This document shows positions 20,947-32,075 of a stretch of DNA of 64,000 nucleotides, in pieces. The first letter of the stretch is position 1, and the number at the start of each line of letters is the position of its first letter. A model generated the notes under the pieces. The model saw nothing but the letters and a program-made list of their open reading frames with translations, was not told the origin of the DNA and searched no databases. Source of the stretch: Minutocellus sp. GHC0000111 (Eukaryota); contig OZ361261.1 in assembly GCA_977018835.1 (NCBI GenBank), positions 2,232,001 to 2,296,000 on the forward strand, written 5' to 3'. Made by a program: the position numbers and the translations under genes.

Positions 20947-23217
20947 ATGACAGAAGAGAAGTCACGACGATGAGACGATGAGTGCTGTGATACCAGCAGA
21001 CGATGTTTTACTATAGTAGGCGGTGATAACGACGGCAGCAGCAGTGGCGGTGAATCTGAGGAAGATGCCATCTCTTTTGCTCCCGACGATGACAGCCAGC
21101 AGGGATCAGATGGCGATGCTTCCACGCCCGTCGCCCGAGTCCTTACGAGTAATCATGATGACGATGTGCCTGAACCACGACAGCATGCCTACCTGCCCGG
21201 TGCATCACATCCCTTATATCCTGAAGAGTGGATCGGTAGGAGCGGCGTGAGTCGACATGGGCAACCTGGATCACCAGCAGCAGCGGCAGCAGCTCAGGCG
21301 TCAGTTCCTGGCTACGACTACGAGCACACTGCTTCCACGGAATCCAACACATACGATCCCACGCCGCCCACGATCCCAGCACCCAACAGTACCATTATTG
21401 AACTTCCCATTCTCGAGCTGGATGATGTGATACTATTTCCCGGCTGCACGGTCCCTCTCCGCTTGCGTCATCCTGGGTGGGTTGAGTACCTCGGCAGAAG
21501 AATCGATGAAGCTCGATTTGGGTTCGGAGCTGGGTTCGGAGCAGGTGGAGATACTTCTAGTAGCAATCCAGTTCAGCAGCAGGTGAGGATCGGAGTAATG
21601 ATGAGATTGAGAGAAACTCGGAGACGAACGAGGAGGCGTCGTCCTCGTGAAGCACCGGCTGCGGCAGTTGAGGGAGATGTGATCGGCCATGGTGCAGGTA
21701 GGGCAAGGCAAGGGAGATGGAGGATGGAGAGCTTGAGAAGGGGAGTGGTTCGACGGAGGGAACCTGAGCAGGAAGAGCAAGAGCGAGCAACTGATAGCAA
21801 TGATACTGAAGATGGCGATGAGGCCCATTCAAATACTGAGAGGCCTCGGCGACAAAGAGATAATGATAGTGGCCCATCGTCATTCGTACGGCCGCGCCAG
21901 CCAGAGGATCCACGCATTGGAAGGATTGGTACAGTGGCCATAATCACTTACACTCACGAAGTCGCAGCAGAAGGTGAATCCGCTGCAATAACTGATGAAG
22001 TAACAGACAATGGCGGAGGTGCTGATAGTCCTTCTTATCGATCAAGAGTGTGGCTGCGTCATTCTGGGCAACTCGTCATGACGGCGATGGGGACTGCTCG
22101 CTTCAAAATCTTATCTCGAATCGATACGGGATCAACGACCCTGGACGCTGAGCAGAGAGTGTATCCTGAAATGTTTCGGGGGGACATGGCTGATATTAAG
22201 CTCTATGCGGTCGAGCTTTTGGTCGATGAGAATCTGCCTTTGCCGCCGATTAGACCCTTGCTACGAAGTAGCCTGAGCACTATCTCGGAAGATGGGGCTG
22301 AGGAAAGTTCCCATTGTGACATGATTGAGATGCTTTCTCGGATCACCCCCATGCCGTCATTTGCCTACAATGCTCACTGGCCATGGAAACTTGTACAAGA
22401 AATTTGCAAAGAATTATCTGAAATACCAGTTTGGGAGGGATTGTGGAAGTCTCTGCCTCCTTCTTCCGGACACAAAGACTTGACAACCAACGAAGATTTT
22501 GCATTTATGTCCAATCAGGCTAATCCATTGGCATTTGCTTTTTGGATGGCCTCGAACATGTCTCTGTCTTTATCTGATAGACTGGATATGCTTGAAATGG
22601 ATTGCAATTTGGAACGACTGCGATTGATACTGGTCAAGGTGGCTCAACAGCGGCAGCTCGAAAGGCCAATTCGTTGTAAACAATGCGGTGAAAGAATCAC
22701 GACAATTTCCAGTCTATTTACCATTGATGGTGCAGAGGGAACGACAGGCGCCTATGTCAACCAATATGGAATTGTTCATCAGACGCAAACCGTCCGTACT
22801 GTGGATGCCGATCATGTATTCTGCGTTGGGAACAGAGAGTCTCGTGATTCTTGGTTCAACGGCTATACGTGGACCATCATGCATTGCGCTACTTGTGCTG
22901 CTCATCTCGGCTGGAAGTTCGATGCAATTCGAGGCCAGGGGCCAACTGAGAGCACTGAAGATCGCCCAAAACGATTCTTTGGTCTCACTGGAGGCGCAAT
23001 CACAACCGAAGAAAGCTCTGCTCCTCGGCGTGTCGGGGGCGGCCCTGGGTCAGTAGGCCTAGCAGATCGATTGATGATGGATGTAGTCCGTCTCCAAGCT
23101 ATTCAAGGGATGGCCGCCGAGGACGATCGAGCTGATGCCAGTGACAGCGAGAACAGCACGGCTGATGAAGCTGATGACGACGAAGACGGCGCTGATGAAG
23201 AGGAGGGTTCTGACTGA
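20947..23217 (+). CDS. CRBN: Cereblon-like protein (LON-N domain plus CULT/Yippee domain)
   Basis: LPILELDDVILFPGCTVPLRL (LON-N), CKQC...YVNQYGIVH and SWFNGYTWTIMHCATCAAHLGWKF. ATG 20947 is in frame but is followed by TGA at 20971-20973. Confidence 0.85.
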
Positions 23218-23326
23218 TCCATCCATGCATTATTTATTTGTAGCGAATGTAAGTATTTTGTGTGCACACATTAGAACATAACGCAAAAAACATGAAGAGT
23301 CGCATCGATTGCCGTGGAACCTACGA

Positions 23327-24202
23327 CTATAAGTTAAGAGGCATTAGTGTAGATCGGAAGCCCTCGTAGGACCCGAAGAAAACAAAGCCTCCGATTGTGA
23401 TCCAAAACACTCGGGGCTGGATGCCACTGAGCAACGTTCCAGCTCCTTCCTCAGCCAGTATCCTTCGTCCGACGTCCATGGCATTCTTATACGGCACACC
23501 CTTCTTATCTTTCCCCAGCATCAGCCTTGTCTTGAGAACATCCAAAGGTGTTGTGGCAGCTGCGGCGATGGCGCCACCAGCACTTCCACATGCCGCAGCC
23601 TGGAGAGGACTGACTTCCTCCTTACCCTGATATGCAGCCCACTCCTTCTTCAATCGCTCGTAGATTGGAAATTGAATCAGTGCAAAGGGTATTTCTCGAA
23701 ACAACGTGATGCCATATCCACGATACAGTCCACCAAACACCGGCGATAGGAATGCCTTGGCCTCCTTATCGGCCACAATGGTTTTGATGGCCGAGCTCAA
23801 TGTTTGAGATCCAGCCGCATTCGTTTGCATGGACGCTTTTACAACTTCCGTGGGGACACGGACCAGACATGCCGCCGCTTCTCCGATACTTGCAGCGACC
23901 ATGTGGCTGACCGCCGGATTGTCGCCGAGGATGCCATACCGTTGCTGCAGATCTCGAACCAAGGGTTTGGACGTTTCGTACACACTGAAGAAGAGGGCGG
24001 CACCTGGCGCCGAACCGGCCGCGGCGGCGCCAATTCCCCGGTAGATCCCACGGAAGCCTCCCGCGGCAAGGAAGCCCTGGGGTGACTGCAAGCGCGTCTT
24101 GACGGTGTCGATGGGGAAGAGAGCGACGTCGACGCTGGTTCCGGCACATCCTCCGGCCAGGAGGGCGGTGAGGAAGGGGGCGCCAAGCCGCCAAGCGATC
24201 AC
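23327..24202 (-). CDS. S-adenosylmethionine carrier (SLC25A26/PET8-like); start codon unresolved
   Basis: AGTSVDVALFPIDTVKTRLQS, GSAPGAALFF, VRVPTEVVK, REIPFALIQFP and TTPLDVLKTRLML. No in-frame ATG lies between the upstream TAA (24236-24238) and the first carrier repeat. Confidence 0.88.
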   Translation of the reverse strand: MIAWRLGAPFLTALLAGGCAGTSVDVALFPIDTVKTRLQSPQGFLAAGGFRGIYRGIGAAAAGSAPGAALFFSVYETSKPLVRDLQQRYGILGDNPAVSHMVAASIGEAAACLVRVPTEVVKASMQTNAAGSQTLSSAIKTIVADKEAKAFLSPVFGGLYRGYGITLFREIPFALIQFPIYERLKKEWAAYQGKEEVSPLQAAACGSAGGAIAAAATTPLDVLKTRLMLGKDKKGVPYKNAMDVGRRILAEEGAGTLLSGIQPRVFWITIGGFVFFGSYEGFRSTLMPLNL

Positions 24203-24289
24203 AATATCCTTGAATCGATCAGCGAGTTCTGCAGTTTATTCGCTCGCTCTCGTTCCAGACCTCATCTCCACCGAGAGGCAGTCAAATAA

Positions 24290-27200
24290 ATGGCCCGCCG
24301 TGCTTCCACCCCTCCCCCACCTGGAGCAGCAGCATCGGCAGGAGGCTCGTCATCACGCCCACCGTCTCGATCCAACTCGCCAGTTCCCAGCGGTGGTGTC
24401 GGCGGCGGTGACATATCCCAGAGCGATCCCAAGCTCTTTCATCTCGTCAAGCGCATCGTCTCGCAGAATCCATCCCTCCTCAACAGCAACAGTAGTTCGG
24501 GCAACAATAGCAGCGGTATCAACAGCGCCGGTGGAGGTGGGAAGAAGGTTCTGGACGTGCTGACGCGTGCCCATCGCGAATATTGACGCAAGAACGCATC
24601 GGTTCTTCTTGGACAGGTGAACAGCTGCCTTGCCATTATCAAAAGTCAGGGAGGCGTCAAGAAGAGGGAGCCCCCTGCTCGAGTTGCCATTGGAGGTGGT
24701 TCTGGAGCAGCAGCATCAACAGCAGCATCGAATCAAGCTTCAGCTACAAACAAGGCAGATACTGGAGCAGCAGCAGATACTGCAACACCAGCAGAGTCCA
24801 TCAGTGCTGGAGAAAAGAAGAGGAAGCGCGAGGAGGAGGCTTACGAGGCATCCGCCCAACGGTACGATCAGGTTCAGAATCCCGGTGGATCGACCATGCT
24901 CAACGCGGGGCTGCGATCGCGCTACTCGGAGCTGCAGCGGGGGAGAGATGCCGAAGATCGGGCCGCCGCTGCGGCTGCTCAAAAGAAAAAGGACGAAGAG
25001 GAGGCAGCGGCGGCTGCCACGGCTACTGCTGGCGCTGATGATAACAATGCTGGCGGAGGTGAAGGTGCCAAGATGGAAACAGATGCATCAGCAGGGGAAC
25101 GGCCCAACACACCAACGTCTCCGCTGCCTGCTTCTCGAGTCGTAGGTACTGATGGCAACGGAGGAGTAGCAGGTGCCGCCGCCGTAGCAGGAGATCTCCC
25201 AGCGCTGCTGCCGTCAAAAAACGACGCAAGAAGGTGTCGGGTACTCGCTCCACGCCCTCTCGGTCTGGCTCTACTGTGGGTTCCGGCCTTCCAGGAAGCG
25301 ATGGCTTCGGACCCGATGGAAGCGGCGCCGATCGGAATCTAATCGCTCCCACACCAACACCGTCGACACGGTACAACCAGCTGGGTGGTATTGACAAAAT
25401 TATCACCCAAATTCGACAAATCATCGAATATCCTCTAACACATCCCGAGATCTTTGGTCACCTGGGCGTCGATCCGCCGCGTGGTGTGCTCCTTCGTGGC
25501 CCACCTGGCTGCGGCAAGTCTGTACTGGCCGACGCCATTGCTGGTGAGCTAGGAGTGACGTACTACAAGGTATCAGCTCCAGAGATTGTGACGGGAATTA
25601 GTGGCGAGTCAGAGAGACGGATTCGTGGTCTGTTCCGTGCGGCTGCGGAAAATGCCCCTGCCATCATTTTCATCGATGAGATTGATGTCATTGCCCCCAA
25701 ACGCGGTGATGGCGGCGGTGGTGGAAAAGGAATGGAAAAACGCATGGTGGCGCAGATGCTGACGTGCTTGGATGATTTGAATCCAAAGCAGACCCGAGGT
25801 GGCAACCCCGTCATGGTCATTGCGGCAACGAACCGGCCAGATTCCATTGATTCGGCGCAGCGACGTGCTGGCAGATTCGATAGGGAGATTAGTCTCAGTG
25901 TTCCCGATGAGGAGGCCAGAATAGGTATCTTGAAGTGCATGACGGGTGCCATGCGTCTGGAGGGAAACTTCGACTACAAAGATCTGGCACGGAAGACGCC
26001 GGGATATGTCGGTGCCGACATTCGAAGTCTGTGCAAGGAGGCCGCTGTGGTGGCGGTGAATCGCATCTTCCGCGCACTTTTGCCTGATTCCAATAGCGGA
26101 GAAACTACTGCTGGTGAATCTGACGCCATAGGCAGTATGGATATTAGCCCTAGTACTGCGAATGCCGATGGTGACAAGAAGAAGAGCGATGGCGATGGCG
26201 CCGAGCAAAAGGCGGCAGAGGATGCCCAAACCGCTTCGAGTATCGCAACGCTGGAGCCTCTGACGCCAGAACAGTTGCAACCGCTGTATTTGACAATGGC
26301 TGACTTTCTCGATGCTATCCAACACGTCCAACCCTCGTCGAAGCGAGAAGGATTTGCGACGGTTCCTGATGTATCGTGGGACAACATCGGTGCTTTGCAA
26401 ACCATCCGCGAAGAATTGACTTTGAGCGTGTTGGAACCCATCAGCCATCCTGAAAAATTCAAGCAACCTGGTCTCCCCTTACCAGCAGGAGTCCTCTTGT
26501 ACGGCCCTCCTGGATGTGGTAAAACACTCCTTGCCAAGGCCATCGCCAACGAGTCTGGCGCCAATTTTATGAGCGTCAAGGGTCCGGAGCTTTTGGACAA
26601 GTACGTTGGTGAGTCCGAGCGTGCGGTCCGAGTTTTGTTTGACAGAGCCAGAAGTAGTAGTCCATGCATTGTCTTCTTCGATGAGCTCGACTCCCTTTGT
26701 CCCAAGAGAGGGAGCGATTCAGGATCTGGCGGAGGTGGTGTTAGTGAACGAGTGGTCAACCAGCTGCTCACCGAGATGGATGGCCTCGATGAAAGGCGAA
26801 GCATTTTCGTCATTGCCGCCACAAACCGACCAGAACTCATCGATCCAGCCATGATGAGGCCTGGGCGCCTTGATAAGCTTCTGTACGTGCCGCTTCCCAC
26901 ACCAGACGATCGTGTTGCCATTCTTCGTGCTGTTGCATCGAAAGTTGAGCTCGCACCCGATGTTGATCTCGACAAAATTGGACGAAGTCCTCGAGCGGAA
27001 GGATACAGCGGCGCCGACTGCACGGCCTTGCTTCGTGAGGCCGGTTTAGCTGTCCTTCGTGATGACACTCTCACAAGGCGTGGATTTAGAAAGGCACAGG
27101 CGGTAGAGACGACTGATGTAACAACAGGAGAAAAGGCCGAGACCGAGGCAAGCCAAGAAAAGGAATTCCTCGCCTTCAGATCCAGTCCAAGCATTTTGAC

Positions 27201-27407
27201 TACGCCTTCGACCATGTCCTTCCGTCGGTATCCAAGAAGGATCAAGCTCGGTATGATAGAATGCGTGACCGAATGGCACGTGCAAGATCAAGAGGAGGCG
27301 GAGTTACTGGTGAGGCTGACGCCGATGGAGGCGGGGATAAAACTGATGAGAAGCCGAATGCGGATGGTTCAGGCGAAATGGCACCACCACCGGCTTCCAG
27401 CAAATAA
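24290..27407 (+). CDS. NVL: Nuclear VCP-like double AAA+ ATPase (NVL2/Rix7), disrupted in this sequence
   Basis: Two AAA modules (GPPGCGKS / FIDEID and GPPGCGKT / FFDELD, KGPELLDKYVGESE) and an N-terminal REYxRK motif. Lesions: TGA 24584-24586 and frameshifts near 25182 and 27160. The shifted C-terminus reads KHFDYAFDHVLPSVSKKDQARYDRM to TAA 27405-27407. Confidence 0.88.
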
Positions 27408-27564
27408 ATCCACACGCAATGCATCCGGCGTTTGTGTAGTTTGGTACTAGCTAGTAGACAAACGTCGTCAAAAGTTACAACATTAGCATTGAATTCCGTA
27501 AATTTGTAATTTTGAGCCCCCATTGCCCAAATCTATGGTACTTATGGTACCATAAAAAACAATT

Positions 27565-29293
27565 TATGGTCGAAGCCCGGTGGTCTTACTAGGATATCTG
27601 TTGAGACTTCTGCGTCTCGTTGCCCTCCTGCCACCATCTTCAATCTTATCGATAGAAGATGTGGGTTTGCCTGCAGACGAATCAAATTCAAAGACTGCCG
27701 GTTCATTGAGCCGTCTGGCTTTATTTGACTTGCGTCTGCGACGCCGATCTGCCCCTTTGTCCTCGTCATAGTCCTTCTTGTAGCCATAATATTTTCCTCC
27801 CTTTGAAGTCTTGCTCTTGGAATTTCCACTCTCCTTGCATCGATCTCAAGGTAGCCGTATTTGCATTCTTCCTCCGGATCAGGACAGTTCCCCCATATAT
27901 CCTGCGAGTCACAAATTCCATCCCCGTCGGTGTCAGTGCCCTCGCCACCTCCAATGAGAAAGTGCACGGTAACGCTGGCGATCTCAACTGGTCCTTCTTC
28001 CTCGTCATCCTTGAAGTGATAATCATCCTGAGCGTACAGCTTACGATCAAGACCATACCTATTATCATAATTCTTCGTGCCTTTACTGGTTTTGTCATCG
28101 TCTGAGGGAAGTAAATGAATGAATAATGAGTTTACGAGGAGTTGTGTTGTTAGGATGGAGAGGCAAAAGAGTGCTTCAAATGGAGAGGAATCTCTCTCGA
28201 CAAGATATGATTTACTTGTCCCCAACGCAGCCTGAGCAACGTGTTTTACTCACCATTCTTTCCGCTTTTGGTGCTCTTTCCTCCATCATTGTCGCCAGTC
28301 TTGCCACCTTGGAATTCTTCTTGCTTCCGCTCGTACCTGTAGTCCCTGTACCTTTCGTTTTGCCACCACCGGAGCTATTCTTTTTCTTGCAATCGTAGTC
28401 ATCGTCACGGCAGTACGCCTTGAGAGTGATGCTATAGGTCGCCGGAGTGGTGTCGGGATTGAATGTTTCGCCCACCGGGTTGGGATTGATCGCTGGATAG
28501 CCACCTTCGAAGACAGGGTCGGTTAGAAGGACGTAATTGATTGTCTGCTGGGCCACGCTGCTTTCCATCACGGTCTCATTGTAGGTAAAGTTGTTGGTAT
28601 TGAAGTCGTCGTCGCAAAATACTTCAATGCCATCGCCCGAGGGCGTGTCGTTGTCTCCCATGTAGAAGGCTTCCAAGCAACTAACGCCATCCAAGGCATC
28701 ATTGATGGGGTCCCACGTCGAGCTATTGGTCGTACAGCTTGGATCAGCATCAAGGGAAAGCTGATAAACAAAGTCGGTGAGGACCTTGGGCTCTTCCTCT
28801 TCTTCCATCGACCAGAGCTCCCTTTTTCGTTCGCGATACTGGGCTGCCTCTTCGTCGTCGTCATCTTCGTCGTAACTGACAAAAATAGAATAGTCGATGC
28901 ACCACGTTGGTCCACCTGCGGCATTGATGGGGCCGTAGTAGATGGGACATTCGTTGGCTGTGTCGGGGATGGACCCGGCCTCGACGTTAAACGTGCCGTC
29001 TTTGTTGGTGGGATACACGTTATTTGGACAGGTGTTGCTGATGTCGTCGCCCTGCGCCTCGTAGCACTGCCTGCCGCGGATCCCTAGCTCGATGCCATAT
29101 TTGCGCATGACGACCCAGGCCTCGTTCTCGAGGATGCCAACGGCGACACCATCCTGATCGGTGCCGGTGATAATGACGGCTGGTGTGACTTCACCGTCGT
29201 AATATCGCAGAGCTTTTAACGATGAGGAGCCAAGCCCATGGTCACGGCGACGGCCAGGAAGGTCGCCCGAAGGGTTTTGGTGGTGAGTATCAT
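27565..29293 (-). CDS. Secreted protein with Lys-rich KxxK segments and RxL sites (biosilica/cell-wall-associated candidate); one intron and three apparent frameshifts
   Basis: ATG 29293 starts the signal MILTTKTLRATFLAVAVTMG. Intron 28102-28253. Reconstructed frames give REL, KSTKSGK, KTSKGTK, RKL, KSKTSKGGK, RRL and RSL. Shifts fall near 29233, 28307 and 27840. Confidence 0.6.
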
Positions 29294-30129
29294 GCTTTGA
29301 TGCTATTTATCGACACTGTCCCCTTGGCTTGCTGGAATGATGATCGATGGATGTACACGGCGTTCGGATGTTGAGGCGGGGAGAAGAGAAAGGAGTAAAA
29401 GACGTGGCGCAATCGCTCGTTCGTGCGTGAAGAGCTTTGTCCAACGGATGCGCCGATGTGAGAAGGAGCGATGAAGGATGAATCGATGTGATGCACCGAA
29501 CTAAATTTTCAGAGTACCACGCTGCTACTTTGTCGAACGATGGATTACTACGTGTACTTAGTATTGGCCAAAACTTTCAAGGTAGGTGACCGTGTTGCTT
29601 TGTTGGAAAGGAATTCACGGCCCACGCTGCTGCTGACTGCAGTAGGAGAAGATGTCGTACTTCTGAGCGACCTGCAACAAGTGAAAACACGTCGTATCTG
29701 CCCTGAAACAAGTCAACAACAGGTTGATTTTACAGTAAAAATGACGCGACGGCAGAATAGCTTGGCAGATCTTCAGTATCGGGCGTTGAGTGTGGGGAGG
29801 AGCGCCATTGTAGCGAGCGACATGAAAGTGAGGTTGTGGCAGAGAAGCACGGCAGGCTCGCCCAAGGGCGGTAAAGCGTTGTGCTATTTTTTTAGACCGC
29901 GCTCGATATCTGAATTGCTCTCCATGCATGCTTCCACTCTCTTTGGGATCTGAGAGGGAGGATAGCGACCAGGCTTTCACGTGAAGCAAGCAGTATCTTG
30001 GTCCTCGTTGGCGATTGGGTCGTAGGAAAGCCAACTGAAGTGGATTTTTTTTGCGCCATATTCGCCGTCTCGTCACATCACACTGCCGAAGGATCGCAAG
30101 ATCATAAAAGTCTTGGTCTACAATTAATC

Positions 30130-30211
30130 CGACTTCGATTCGAGTCCAGGAACGCCAAGATCATCACGATTCGACTTCGATTCGATTCGAGCCCAGTAAC
30201 AAGATCATCAC
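30130..30211. repeat. Imperfect tandem duplication rich in TTCGA immediately upstream of the LRR gene
   Basis: CGACTTCGATTCGAG..CAG.AAC..CAAGATCATCAC occurs twice, ending just before ATG 30213. Confidence 0.65.
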
Positions 30212-30212
30212 C

Positions 30213-31940
30213 ATGCCTCTCCGACCAGCAGCACGAGGATACGACGAGGAAGAGTCGATCTATGGCAACGACGACGGCATGCGCATCAATAGCAGCAGCA
30301 TTGGACAACCATCGGATTGCGTCGTGTCTACTCCCACCTATGGACCGTCGAAACAACAAAGATTCGACGATTTTTCCTTTCATGTTCATCAGCAGGCCAC
30401 AGATATGGATAGGCCCATCAGCAATGTTTCGGTTCTATCCGATGCCAATGGCGCAATGATCGACGATGAAAACTTTTACGATGATGTCATGATCGGCGAT
30501 CAGGAGGGTGATCGGCCTCGGCGACTTTCCATCATATCGTCAATGCTGCACCAGCGACGCGCATGCTTGGCTAGTGTGGGCCTCCTGATTACGCTTCTTT
30601 TCGGTATTTCTCTCGGCACTGGCATGAATCGTCGCAAGGGCGGAGGCAATGCAGCATCGGCATCTCCTTCTGGCAACAAGTTGGGCCTGTCATTCCAAAA
30701 TGGTGCGCCTGATGCTTCCTGGGGACTTGCTGCGACCTCGGAGCGCTACGCACCCATCCGTGATGCCCTCGTTAATTTTCACGGTGGAGATCGAACACCG
30801 TTCGCCTCCGTCGACACTCATCATCATCAAGCCTTGATCTTTCTGGCTGATGAAGACCCACGAAAATTGTCACCGGACGATCCTTCCCTCGCACAACGAT
30901 TTGCCCTGGCGATGCTGTTTTACTCAACCTATGGCATGACGTGGAAGAGCAAGGTATCCTGGATGACGGGTGAGGATGAGTGCAATTGGGAAGGCATTTC
31001 CTGCGCGCGTGATGGTATTCACATCGACGAGCTGTCATTGCCAAATCATGGGATCAAGGGTGTGGTGGGCGACATCAGTCTTCTGAAACACCTGCAACGC
31101 TTGGATATTAGCAACAACATGGGTCTCGCTGGTACTTATTTGCACGATTCTCTGGGCAAGCTGGACAATCTCCGTGCTCTCCACCTTCACCATTGCGGAA
31201 TAACCGGCGAGGTACCCCCCACCATCTGGACGAATCATCTGGAATTAATCGACCTTTCCTACAACGACTTGAGTGGGCCGATTTCTCCCACCATTCACAA
31301 TGCGGTTTCGCTTCAAAAGCTTCTGCTCGAGGGTAATCATTTTTCTGGCCGAGTTCCCCCAGAGATATCCAACCTCCCTCTTTTGAATGAAATTAGATGT
31401 GGCTCCAACAAATTTCAAGGTCGATTGCCCAACTTTTCGCGGCTTCAGAACCTTCGCGTTTTATCTTTCTTTTCCAACGATCTGACGGGAACTTTGCCAC
31501 CGATTTCCAAGGATCATGTCCGTGCTATCGATCTGTCGAAGAATGACTTTGTTGGATTGGTGGGAACACTCTTCAACGACATGCCTGAGCTTATGGAGCT
31601 CAAACTGCAAAACAATTTTCTCTCTGACAATCTGAACAAGCAAGTCAACCTCTCGTCCAGCCTGCATTTGGAGGTCCTTCACCTCAATGACAACAAATTT
31701 CGTGCAGACTCCTTTCCAGAATGGGTTGCCCCATTGATTAATCTCCGAGAGTTTTACTTATTTGGCAACGGTGCTGTAAAAGGCGCCATCCCTGATGTCG
31801 TTTGTGATTTGGTTGATTTTGTGGAGAGTTTAAACGTTCTTGCTGTGGATTGCAATAATGTTCAGTGTACTTGCTGCACCCACTGCTGTACTGCTCTTGG
31901 AGTATGTCAGGTCGAGCGACCTGAAGAGAATTCATATTAA
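30213..31940 (+). CDS. Type II membrane leucine-rich-repeat protein (plant-type LRRs with LRRNT cap)
   Basis: TM helix ACLASVGLLITLLFGISLG, QRFALAMLFYST..W..W....ECNWEGISC cap, repeated LxxLxLxxNxLxGxIP and a C-terminal DC...CTCCTHC. Confidence 0.88.
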   Translation: MPLRPAARGYDEEESIYGNDDGMRINSSSIGQPSDCVVSTPTYGPSKQQRFDDFSFHVHQQATDMDRPISNVSVLSDANGAMIDDENFYDDVMIGDQEGDRPRRLSIISSMLHQRRACLASVGLLITLLFGISLGTGMNRRKGGGNAASASPSGNKLGLSFQNGAPDASWGLAATSERYAPIRDALVNFHGGDRTPFASVDTHHHQALIFLADEDPRKLSPDDPSLAQRFALAMLFYSTYGMTWKSKVSWMTGEDECNWEGISCARDGIHIDELSLPNHGIKGVVGDISLLKHLQRLDISNNMGLAGTYLHDSLGKLDNLRALHLHHCGITGEVPPTIWTNHLELIDLSYNDLSGPISPTIHNAVSLQKLLLEGNHFSGRVPPEISNLPLLNEIRCGSNKFQGRLPNFSRLQNLRVLSFFSNDLTGTLPPISKDHVRAIDLSKNDFVGLVGTLFNDMPELMELKLQNNFLSDNLNKQVNLSSSLHLEVLHLNDNKFRADSFPEWVAPLINLREFYLFGNGAVKGAIPDVVCDLVDFVESLNVLAVDCNNVQCTCCTHCCTALGVCQVERPEENSY

Positions 31941-32075
31941 ATTGTATGTTGCGATAACGCAAACAAACATCTCATACTGATGCATAACCAATCTAGTTTA
32001 TAATTCATATCGTAAAGACGAACGAAAAAATTCTAATCCTCGACTATAATCTGCCCAATGAGCAATTCCTACTTA

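Noticed and set aside
10701..24586. Stop-codon reassignment or readthrough to explain in-frame TAA/TGA
   Set aside because: TAA and TGA terminate many intact genes here, the internal stops are few and of two kinds, and they co-occur with frameshifts.
25609..27245. Long antisense ORFs over NVL (and similar ones over RBR, the kinase, PP2C and the frustulin gene)
   Set aside because: They are shadows of GC-rich coding strands and have no recognisable motifs.
29540..30076. Short ORFs between the KxxK gene and the LRR gene
   Set aside because: They overlap on opposite strands, have no motifs and lie in a divergent promoter region.
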